A stretch of 64,000 nt of DNA from Candidatus Saccharimonadales bacterium (GTDB taxonomy: Bacteria; Patescibacteriota; Saccharimonadia; Saccharimonadales; DATKHC01): contig JBBQBA010000002.1 of NCBI GenBank assembly GCA_038317055.1, positions 6,106 through 70,105 on the forward strand. The letters are read 5' to 3'. Positions 56,883 to 64,000 of the stretch are shown in pieces (within the stretch, counting starts at the first letter, position 1; each line of letters begins with the position of its first letter). Below the pieces are notes generated by a model that saw only the letters and a program-made list of their open reading frames with translations, made no database searches and was not told the DNA's origin. A program made the position numbers and the translations under genes.

Positions 56883-58925
56883 ATGGATTTATCGGACAAA
56901 CTTACAGTATTATCTGGAATTGGCGAGGTAGTTGCGCGTAATTTTGCAACACTTGGTATAAATAATATTGAAGAACTACTTACGTATTTCCCTAGGAAAT
57001 ATAATGATTTTTCGCATGTTGTACCAATTAATAAAACGAAACCAGGTCCAGTCACTATCAAAGCAAAGATAACAAATGCAAGAAGTAGACGAGCACGTCA
57101 TGGTCTAAATATTACCGAGGGTATTGCTAGCGATGAAACAGGTAGTATTTACCTCGTTTGGTTTAATCAACCATATCGGGCCTCTAGTGTTAAAGAAGAT
57201 GCAGAATATTATATATCCGGTGAGTTTGGTTTGCACCATAAACGAATGAGTATGATAAATCCATCTGTTGAAATGGTAAGTAGTTTTCCGATTAATACAG
57301 CTCGAATTGTACCGGTATATAAAGAAACAAAAGGATTAAGTTCACTTCAGATAAGACGAGCAATCAAACCAGCTTTAGCATACCTAAGGCTTATTAATGA
57401 AAGTTTACCTAAATGGATGTTAGATGAATATAAATTAATGCCAGTTATACAGTCGATAGAAACTATGCATTTCCCGATATCAAATGAAGAATTATATGAA
57501 GCAAAACACCGAATTGCCTTTGAGGAAGTATTTGACTTAAGTTTAGCTGCCCTTATGAACAAAAATGAACTACTAAGTGAAAAAGCTCTTAGCATTAAGT
57601 TTAGCGAAAAATTAGCTAAGCAGTTTGTTAATAATCTTCCATTTAAACTAACTTCTGAGCAAAAAATAGTCGCTTGGCAAATTCTCCAAGATATTGAAAA
57701 AACGGTCCCAATGAATCGTCTACTTGAAGGAGATGTAGGTACTGGCAAAACAGTCGTAGCGACAATGGCTGCACATATGACTATGAACGAAGACCTACAG
57801 GTAGCTCTTATGGCTCCGACTGAGCTTCTTGCTCGACAACATGCCGACACTATTCATAAGATCTTAAAACCATTTAAATTAGACCACAAGGTTGGATTAT
57901 TAATAGGTAGTCATAAATTTGCTCAAAAAACTCAAGTTATTGAAAAACTAAATAGCGGTGAAATAGGTTTTATAATTGGTACACATAGTTTAATCCAAGA
58001 AAAAGTAAGTTTAAAAAAACTCGGACTAATTGTAATTGATGAACAACATCGGTTCGGTGTTAAACAGCGCCAAGCTTTAATGCTGAAAGCTGGGCATATG
58101 CCACATTTACTTTCTATGACCGCTACACCTATACCCAGATCGCTCCAGCTTACACTTTATGGTGACCTAGACATATCTGTAATAAGAAAAAAACCTTATA
58201 CCGACCTGGCGGTAAAAACCAAAATAATAACTCTTAACAAAAGAACAGAACTATATGAAAGCCTTATAAATATACTCAAGATTAAAAAACAGATATTTAT
58301 TGTATGCCCACTTATTTCTGATTCCGACAATATGCCTTTTCGATCTACCGAAAAAGTATTTAATGAACTTTCTAAGGGAGTATATAAAGATTTTAATGTA
58401 GGAATATTACACAGCAAATTAAAAACTGAAGATAAAGAGAAAGTCATGAAAGACTTTGTTGCACGCAAGATAGATGTCCTCGTGGCTACTACTATTATTG
58501 AAGTTGGTGTAAACATACCTAATGCTAGTGTAATGATTATTGAAAGTGCGGAGAGATTTGGTCTTGCTCAAGCCCATCAACTCAGGGGTAGAGTAGGACG
58601 AAATCATGAACAAGGCTATTGTTATTTGCTTCTTGACGACAATAATCAACCAAGTAGTCGACTCCGAGCACTCGAAACAACATCTGACGGATTTAAACTT
58701 GCTGAACTAGACTTAAAAATTAGAGGTCCAGGGGTAATTTACGGGGTTACACAGCACGGGCATGATGGCTTAGATCTAAAAGTAGCAAAATTAACTGACC
58801 AAGATTTAATAATCGAAGCTAGACGAGCGGCGACTGAGTTTATAGACAAAAAAGAAAATTTGTTACAATATGTACAGCTTAATAAAAGAGTAGAACGAAT
58901 AAGATCAGTTACTAACCTGAATTAA
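56883..58925 (+). CDS. recG: ATP-dependent DNA helicase RecG
   Basis: Wedge/OB domain, LPFKLTSEQ, GDVGTGKT, DEQHRFGV, MTATPIPRS, QLRGRVGR. Confidence 0.95.
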   Translation: MDLSDKLTVLSGIGEVVARNFATLGINNIEELLTYFPRKYNDFSHVVPINKTKPGPVTIKAKITNARSRRARHGLNITEGIASDETGSIYLVWFNQPYRASSVKEDAEYYISGEFGLHHKRMSMINPSVEMVSSFPINTARIVPVYKETKGLSSLQIRRAIKPALAYLRLINESLPKWMLDEYKLMPVIQSIETMHFPISNEELYEAKHRIAFEEVFDLSLAALMNKNELLSEKALSIKFSEKLAKQFVNNLPFKLTSEQKIVAWQILQDIEKTVPMNRLLEGDVGTGKTVVATMAAHMTMNEDLQVALMAPTELLARQHADTIHKILKPFKLDHKVGLLIGSHKFAQKTQVIEKLNSGEIGFIIGTHSLIQEKVSLKKLGLIVIDEQHRFGVKQRQALMLKAGHMPHLLSMTATPIPRSLQLTLYGDLDISVIRKKPYTDLAVKTKIITLNKRTELYESLINILKIKKQIFIVCPLISDSDNMPFRSTEKVFNELSKGVYKDFNVGILHSKLKTEDKEKVMKDFVARKIDVLVATTIIEVGVNIPNASVMIIESAERFGLAQAHQLRGRVGRNHEQGYCYLLLDDNNQPSSRLRALETTSDGFKLAELDLKIRGPGVIYGVTQHGHDGLDLKVAKLTDQDLIIEARRAATEFIDKKENLLQYVQLNKRVERIRSVTNLN

Positions 58926-58950
58926 ATACTCTAATATTATTCAAACTAAA

Positions 58951-59775
58951 ATGTATTCCGGAACAACCCTAACCCGCTTTTCTGGCAAAGTTATAGGTAC
59001 TCACCAGAAAATTGATCGAATTGCGAGAAAACAGCTCGCGATCTTGGTTAAAAATCGCGATATTTTTCCTGGTGTTACAAAGATATTAAATTTTGAGGGC
59101 AAGAATGGTCCGGATGCAATTAAGCGTAAGAGTCCAGCTAGAGATGAGCCATGGCACTATTACAGCCCATTTGACGATGAGGACTCTAGATTAATAGAGT
59201 TAATCAACGAACATTATAAAAACCTAGTTAATGAGCTTAGAAATAAGAATGACGAACGTATAGCTTTTGAAGCAGCTTGGCTTGCTCATGCCATGGTAGA
59301 TGGTTTGACTCCAGCTCATCACTATCCCTATGAACAAAAATTAGTTGAAATTAACGGAGGTGAAGGACTCGAGTCTCGGGATACAATTAGAAAAAAATGG
59401 ATACCAAAAGGTCCTACCCCTGGTGGAACTGTAAAAAATACCTGGAAGATGTGGGGACCTAAGGGGTTGATAAGTACACATAGTTACTTTGAATTTGGAG
59501 TTGCAATTTTGCTTGCGCCTCTGTCGGTTGAAGCTGCCGATATATCACCAGCAGAAATTAAAAATCTTCAAGAAAAAGGGATTATAGAAGTATTTAAGAA
59601 TACAGCGCGAGAAATAGCAGTATTAGACATTTACCACAATTATATTAGACGTGGATGGACCCCTAGATCGGCATATATTATCCGTCAAAAGCTATATCCA
59701 GCACTTGTAAAAACCGTTACTCTAGCTTGGTTTAGTGCTCTAATTGACGCAGAGATTGTTAAAGTTAAGAAATGA
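58951..59775 (+). CDS. Hypothetical protein with a zinc-dependent phospholipase C / P1-nuclease-like H-x3-D-x3-P-x-H motif
   Basis: AWLAHAMVDGLTPAHH has the same spacing as the HYxxDxxxPxH metal-binding motif of the PLC/S1-P1 superfamily. Nothing else was recognised. Confidence 0.45.
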   Translation: MYSGTTLTRFSGKVIGTHQKIDRIARKQLAILVKNRDIFPGVTKILNFEGKNGPDAIKRKSPARDEPWHYYSPFDDEDSRLIELINEHYKNLVNELRNKNDERIAFEAAWLAHAMVDGLTPAHHYPYEQKLVEINGGEGLESRDTIRKKWIPKGPTPGGTVKNTWKMWGPKGLISTHSYFEFGVAILLAPLSVEAADISPAEIKNLQEKGIIEVFKNTAREIAVLDIYHNYIRRGWTPRSAYIIRQKLYPALVKTVTLAWFSALIDAEIVKVKK

Positions 59776-60299
59776 GGATTATAGCTGGCAGTTTGGGGGG
59801 TAGAAACTTTGCTTCAACTGCTAAGGCTACTCATCCGATGAGTGAGAAAATGCGTGGAGCAATTTTTAGCTCACTTGGAGACATTGATGGACTAAGTTTT
59901 TTAGACGTTTGTTCAGGCTCGGGTGCAATTAGCTTTGAGGCTATCAGTAGAGGCGCAAAAAGTGTAGTGGCAATTGAATCAAATAAAAAAGCCCAGGGCG
60001 ATATATCGCTAAATATTAAGAAGTTAGACCTTGGTGACAAAATTAAACTAATTAGTGCAAATTTCTACTCTTGGCAACAATATAACTACGATAAATTCAA
60101 CATAGTAATTATAGATCCTCCCTATAATGATTCTCAGCTTTACCAAATAGCTTATCTTGAAACTAAGCTAGAAACAGATGGCATATTGATATTATCTTTG
60201 CCGCCAGACTCAGATTTACCGGAGTTTAATAATTTGAAATTATTGTCTGAAAAAGAATATGGTGATAGTAAGCTAGTTTTTTATAAGAATACTCTGTAA
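59772..60299 (+). CDS. rsmD: 16S rRNA (guanine966-N2)-methyltransferase RsmD
   Basis: RIIAGSLGGRNF, LDVCSGSGAISFEAISRGA, IIDPPY. ATGA overlaps the upstream gene. Confidence 0.85.
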   Translation: MRIIAGSLGGRNFASTAKATHPMSEKMRGAIFSSLGDIDGLSFLDVCSGSGAISFEAISRGAKSVVAIESNKKAQGDISLNIKKLDLGDKIKLISANFYSWQQYNYDKFNIVIIDPPYNDSQLYQIAYLETKLETDGILILSLPPDSDLPEFNNLKLLSEKEYGDSKLVFYKNTL

Positions 60300-60311
60300 A
60301 ATAGTTGCATT

Positions 60312-60397
60312 GGGCGAGTGGTGGAATTGGTAGACACGCATGCCTTAGGAGCATGTGCCGCAAGGTGTGAAGGTTCAAGTCCTTTCTCGCCCACCAA
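60312..60397 (+). tRNA. tRNA-Leu (anticodon UAG), CCA encoded
   Basis: The acceptor stem pairs GGGCGAG with CTCGCCC. The anticodon stem pairs CATGC with GCATG around the loop CTTAGGA (anticodon 60346-60348). There is a long variable arm, and the T-arm is GAAGG-TTCAAGT-CCTTT. The discriminator is A, followed by CCA. Confidence 0.9.
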
Positions 60398-60531
60398 TTA
60401 GAATATTAATATATGTAGTAATTTAAGATAATTATTTAATTTTACTTCGTAAATTAGCAAACCGTTTATGATATAATTTGGATTAATGATATTAGTTTAC
60501 TCTATGGGTAAATTAGAGGTTAAATAAAAAT

Positions 60532-63141
60532 ATGGTTGCACAGAGACTACCCACAACTGGCGGTGATAAAGGTAATTGGGGTAACATACTCAATGGCTTT
60601 CTTCTGCAATCTCATAATGCCGACGGAACTCTTCAGACTGGAGCAATAAGCCAAGCTAGTGGAATAGTTAAATCTCAAGTAGGATCATCTAATGGAGTAG
60701 CCGGACTTAATGCTTCGGGTACAGTTCCAACAACACAACTAGGTGCCGGTGCTGGTAGTACATCAAACTATTTAAGAGGCGATGGTACATGGGTAGTACC
60801 AAGTGGTGCTGGATCTACTGGAGCAACTGGTCCCTTAGGAGCAACTGGAGCAACTGGTGCAGGAATAACAGGAGCAACCGGACCTACAGGAATAGCTGGA
60901 TCTACTGGAGCAACTGGTCCCTTAGGAGCTACTGGAGCTCAAGGTACAACGGGCGCTACCGGCGCTGGAACAACCGGAGCTACAGGACCGAATGGATCTG
61001 CGGGTTCGACGGGTGCTACCGGCGCAGGAACTACTGGTGCTACTGGTTCAGTTGGTGCTACTGGGCCAGGAGGCGGTGCTACAGGGCCTATAGGATTTAC
61101 CGGAGCAACAGGTCCAATCGGAAATGATGGCGCTACAGGAGCTGGTACTACAGGAGCTACCGGACCTTCAGGAATAGCTGGTACAACTGGATCCACCGGT
61201 CCAGCTGGAGCTGGAACAACCGGAGCAACTGGGCCAAATGGTTCTACAGGAGCTACTGGACCTTCAGGAATAGCTGGTACAACTGGATCCACCGGTCCAG
61301 CTGGAGCTGGAACAACTGGAGCAACTGGACCAATAGGTGCAACTGGTCCTATCGGGTCTTCGGGGCCCACTGGAGCAACTGGTCCAGTAGACATTAAACT
61401 AAGTAACACTATTGGTGTATTAGGAGATTCGATTTCATCTAACTGTTGTTACCAATCAGGTGCATTAATGACCAGTTATGGTTATCTTACATGGGCACTT
61501 TGTATGGCGGGTGGGCATGCTCCAACTCTAAAATTTTTAGATGGAATTGCAGGCACTAGTAGTCTCAATTCAAACTGGCCGCAAAGAGTTTCAAGTATGA
61601 TCACAGCAAATCCTACAACTTGTATTGTGGAAATCGGTACTAACGATTGCGTGAATTCTCAACTTAGCGGAACTGTATCAACTGCAGTAGACCAAATTAT
61701 TAATGGTACAGGTCTAACCACTGGTTGTGGTATAAACCAAACAATCACTTCGCTCACAGCTGCTGGAATACAGGTAATTCTTAATACCATTCCTCCTCGG
61801 AATGCTCTCACAAACTCCCAACAACAAATCCATGACCAAGTAAATGCGTGGATACGTCAGCAAGATACGAGACCTGGTATTACAATATGCGACGCTGCAG
61901 CAGTACTTACTGATGTATCGATAGGAGTTTATACTAATTACAAACAGACATATGTTGGTACAACCACAGGCTTATCGGCTGGAACTATAACGACAATACC
62001 ACTAACTGGAACGACACCAAATACGATTGCTAAAGGGAAGATTATTATGGTGGGAAGTGGTGGGACTGCGCAGTATTTTTCTACATCTTCCTCAACTGCT
62101 GCAGCTGCTTCGTCTATTTCAGTTACCTCAGCGACTGCTTCAGTTGTCTCATCTGGCACTATTGTCACCGTCTCAGAATATACAAATGATGGTATACATC
62201 CGAATAACGCAGGTGCACAAGCGTGGGGAACTGCGCTCGCAACTATTTTCACTCAATTGTTTCCATCTGGCTCACTTGCAAGTACTTACGCTGATTCATT
62301 CAACCTCCTACCACAGACGACAGCATCCTGGGTACAGTTCGGCGGTACTGTACTTAATCCTGGAACAGGTGGATTTCCAAATGGTGGACTACCCGCAACA
62401 GCCCCACTTTGGTTGGCAGCACCTGCTGGTGTAAGTCTCGCATATATTCCCAGAACGGACGGAGTTCCTGGTAGTGCAATGAGAATTACAGTCGGATCGG
62501 GGAAATCTGGTACACTTGCGTTGTATTCAAAGTCACGAACTGTGGGTTCTGATTATACCGGTAAATCACTTACCACATTCCTTGAAATACTTTCAGTTAC
62601 AGGTACTGACGCTAACTTTAATGGTACTACCCCTGAAGGTCTTACTAGCTATATTAATGTTCAAGTTCCCGATTACTCTCAGGGCTATACGGGACTTGTT
62701 TTAGGTAACAATGATCCATACGTAATGCCTTCTTCCCCGATTATTATTCAGTCTCCACTTTATCTTCCGTCCGCTATTGCTTCTACATCAGTTGCCTATA
62801 CTACTGCTGGAGGACCATACACCACAATCTCAATAGGTGCATTTAAAACGTCTGTACCTCTCACAAACGGTCAAGTCCTCCTTCTTAGTAATGTTGGTAA
62901 TAACGCAGGTACTTATGTGACCGTGAACGGAAACCAATCAGCAGGTATAAGTACGATTAATGTTCAATCATTCACACCACTAATAAATATCGCCAGTGGT
63001 ATAACACTCTCCTATACAACACCACAGAAAATACCAGCGTGCGACTCATATGCAACGCCGACAGACGTATATATTACTATTAGCTTTAATGGGGGCGGTG
63101 TATACACATTTGGTAGAGTAGGAATTATACCTGTACAGTAA
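60532..63141 (+). CDS. Tail-fibre-like surface protein: conserved N-terminal module, interrupted collagen-like Gly-X-Y region, SGNH/GDSL hydrolase domain, beta-rich C-terminal domain
   Basis: The N-terminus has [11 protein letters not shown]...HNADGTL and [12 protein letters not shown], as in phage tail-fibre/minor-tail proteins. Residues 94-286 are GXT/GPX triplets. The SGNH blocks are IGVLGDSIS (I), EIGTNDC (III) and [13 protein letters not shown] (V). About 300 C-terminal residues have no recognisable match. Confidence 0.8.
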   Translation: MVAQRLPTTGGDKGNWGNILNGFLLQSHNADGTLQTGAISQASGIVKSQVGSSNGVAGLNASGTVPTTQLGAGAGSTSNYLRGDGTWVVPSGAGSTGATGPLGATGATGAGITGATGPTGIAGSTGATGPLGATGAQGTTGATGAGTTGATGPNGSAGSTGATGAGTTGATGSVGATGPGGGATGPIGFTGATGPIGNDGATGAGTTGATGPSGIAGTTGSTGPAGAGTTGATGPNGSTGATGPSGIAGTTGSTGPAGAGTTGATGPIGATGPIGSSGPTGATGPVDIKLSNTIGVLGDSISSNCCYQSGALMTSYGYLTWALCMAGGHAPTLKFLDGIAGTSSLNSNWPQRVSSMITANPTTCIVEIGTNDCVNSQLSGTVSTAVDQIINGTGLTTGCGINQTITSLTAAGIQVILNTIPPRNALTNSQQQIHDQVNAWIRQQDTRPGITICDAAAVLTDVSIGVYTNYKQTYVGTTTGLSAGTITTIPLTGTTPNTIAKGKIIMVGSGGTAQYFSTSSSTAAAASSISVTSATASVVSSGTIVTVSEYTNDGIHPNNAGAQAWGTALATIFTQLFPSGSLASTYADSFNLLPQTTASWVQFGGTVLNPGTGGFPNGGLPATAPLWLAAPAGVSLAYIPRTDGVPGSAMRITVGSGKSGTLALYSKSRTVGSDYTGKSLTTFLEILSVTGTDANFNGTTPEGLTSYINVQVPDYSQGYTGLVLGNNDPYVMPSSPIIIQSPLYLPSAIASTSVAYTTAGGPYTTISIGAFKTSVPLTNGQVLLLSNVGNNAGTYVTVNGNQSAGISTINVQSFTPLINIASGITLSYTTPQKIPACDSYATPTDVYITISFNGGGVYTFGRVGIIPVQ
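60805..61389 (+). repeat. Coding triplet repeat (Gly-X-Y) with an internal 96-nt duplication
   Basis: GGNGCNACNGGN periodicity. 61150-61232 and 61246-61328 are 81/83 identical (period 96 nt, or 32 aa). The repeat opens spurious ORFs in other frames and on the minus strand. Confidence 0.85.
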
Positions 63142-63235
63142 TTTTTAGTTAAATCCCTGTCTTTGTTTACTCATAAAAAGCATTATTATAAAAACACTAA
63201 TAACTAATGTATAACATTTTTGTATTTATAAATTA

Positions 63236-64000
63236 TTAGAATGTACTGTAGTACTGGGTCTTTGTTGATTGACAGATTGATTGCAGAGAAGTATCAAGTG
63301 ATAGACATAGAATAGTGGCTTGTTTGTCACTGTGATAATAAGATACAAAGTCCTTTACAGCCCCAACAACGCAATTAGATTGTGCGTCAAAGTTTTGACC
63401 TAACATACAGGACGTTCTGGTTTGATCAACATTACTGCTACTATTTCCGGAAGCATCCCTCCCTAGACTCTGATAACAGGTGTCAACAAATTCAGAATCG
63501 ACAACACTACATTCTGTAAATACCTGAGAGAAATTATCACTTGCTACACGTAAGGCATGAGAAGTTTGCATTAAATAACATTGATTTTTATATTTAACGT
63601 CAACGGATGTACAGGGGAACATTGGATCACTAGCTTTAAAGAATGCAGTGTGATGATCGGGATTAACCTCATCCATTTCGTTCTCCATAAATACTCCACC
63701 ATAACATGATTGTCTCTCCCAATCATCGGTGAGTAAATCACAAGTTGAAAGCGAAACATACAGCTTACTGTCAGTTACGTCCATAATTCCATGTCCAATG
63801 CCGTGAACACAGTTATAGTGATAAAAGGAATATGGTTTAGATTTTTTAATACTTGCACAAATTGTTGGAATCTTAGCGTCAAGGTTTTTCGCACCGATTT
63901 TTGTAACTATAGACTCCATTACTCCATGGTAATAGCCCGACCAGCAAAAATTATCACCTTGTGAATATGCTATATCGACATTATTAACTTTGTCAGCCTC
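63236..64000 (-). CDS. Cysteine-repeat protein, hypothetical, 5' end outside window
   Basis: The frame stays open upstream of the listed ATG (63919) to the window edge (...EADKVNNVDIAYSQGDNFCWSGYYHGVMES...). It contains six paired-Cys units of the type C-x12-17-C[YVW].G (for example TCDLLTDDWERQSCYGG, ECSVVDSEFVDTCYQS) plus one further upstream motif C (FCWSG) whose partner, if any, lies outside the window. Confidence 0.6.
   Translation of the reverse strand, partial: EADKVNNVDIAYSQGDNFCWSGYYHGVMESIVTKIGAKNLDAKIPTICASIKKSKPYSFYHYNCVHGIGHGIMDVTDSKLYVSLSTCDLLTDDWERQSCYGGVFMENEMDEVNPDHHTAFFKASDPMFPCTSVDVKYKNQCYLMQTSHALRVASDNFSQVFTECSVVDSEFVDTCYQSLGRDASGNSSSNVDQTRTSCMLGQNFDAQSNCVVGAVKDFVSYYHSDKQATILCLSLDTSLQSICQSTKTQYYSTF

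Noticed and set aside
22399-58649. Many 60-170-aa antisense or off-frame ORFs inside conserved genes. Examples: 22399..22767 in uvrB, 34547..35593 in the PilB-like gene, 36308..37221, 43771..44817 in clpC, 57347..57850 and 58196..58649 in recG, and 55467..55805 in the cassette ORF.
   Set aside because: They are fully nested in genes with strong homology-type motifs on the other frame or strand. They have low-complexity or Ser/Leu/Ile-rich compositions typical of shadow ORFs and lack Shine-Dalgarno sequences.
60789-61409. Track ORFs 60789..61127 (+, 112 aa, W/R/Y/N-rich) and 60939..61409 (-, 156 aa, GPVAP-rich).
   Set aside because: Both lie entirely in the Gly-X-Y coding repeat of the 60532..63141 gene. 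The 9-nt periodic GGNGCNACN pattern keeps alternative frames and the antisense strand free of stops. Their compositions are simply frame-shifted or antisense images of the repeat.
60312-64000. An intact prophage or integrative element at tRNA-Leu.
   Set aside because: No integrase, capsid, terminase or other phage genes are visible, and no direct repeat of the tRNA 3' end lies between 60400 and 64000. Only a single tail-fibre-like gene is visible, so I report it as a lone fibre-like gene rather than a prophage.
1-64000. Alternative genetic code (UGA as Gly or Trp, as in some CPR lineages).
   Set aside because: Well-conserved proteins (GatC, GatA, the transketolase N subunit and the 19063 gene) end at TGA at their expected lengths. 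No conserved gene shows in-frame TGA interruptions.
1-64000. CRISPR arrays, rRNA genes, transposases, reverse transcriptase/DGR, toxin-antitoxin pairs, inteins in dnaE, recG, clpC or uvrB.
   Set aside because: No regularly spaced direct repeats are visible, and no rRNA-like conserved stretches. All large conserved proteins have normal lengths without inserted Cys/Ser...His-Asn blocks. The only PIN domain is the conserved YacL-type PIN-TRAM protein.

Overview
This is a 64-kb chromosomal segment from a low-GC, tightly packed bacterial genome. Hand counts of sampled 60-nt lines give about 33-42% GC. Most intergenic gaps are under 150 bp, and many start and stop codons overlap. The genetic code is standard: TGA is used as a stop, for example at the gatC, gatA and transketolase-N ends.

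The gene content fits a Patescibacteria/CPR organism, probably Saccharibacteria-like. The evidence is a split transketolase, a compact gap-rpiB-rpe-tkt-fba-pfkB block, no biosynthetic operons, a PilB-type ATPase, many membrane or secreted orphans, and housekeeping proteins with low-complexity tails. This placement is inference only.

About 80% of the window is housekeeping:
- Translation: pheT (5' end outside the window), typA, gatC-gatA-(inserted ORF)-gatB, tyrS, rplS, rsmD and tRNA-Leu(UAG).
- Replication and repair: uvrB, dnaE, rnhB, radA, recG.
- Transcription: nusA.
- Proteostasis: clpC, an FKBP isomerase and an M1 aminopeptidase.
- Redox: a glutaredoxin-like protein and trxB.
- Envelope: PBP1A, a CAP-domain protein, a UPF0104 protein and a GDPD.

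No rRNA, CRISPR array, transposase, integrase or reverse transcriptase is visible.

The regions most worth a second look are:
1. A 659-bp GC-shifted single-gene cassette bounded by perfect 14-bp terminal inverted repeats (55306-55964).
2. A phage-tail-fibre-like protein with an interrupted collagen repeat and an SGNH esterase domain, directly downstream of tRNA-Leu (60532-63141). It is followed by a Cys-repeat protein and preceded by a secreted beta-helix protein.
3. A translationally coupled pair of an unknown 420-aa protein and a LOG/TIGR00725-like protein (19063-20963).
4. A perfect CIRCE operator in front of clpC instead of a chaperone operon.
5. A TyrRS whose HIGH motif reads TIGN, the TrpRS form.
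6. A GAPDH with a roughly 160-aa Pro/Thr-rich tail.
7. A promoter plus weak terminator in the nusA leader.

I cannot identify a complete, clearly novel multi-gene system with confidence from sequence alone. The candidates above are ranked by interest in the findings.
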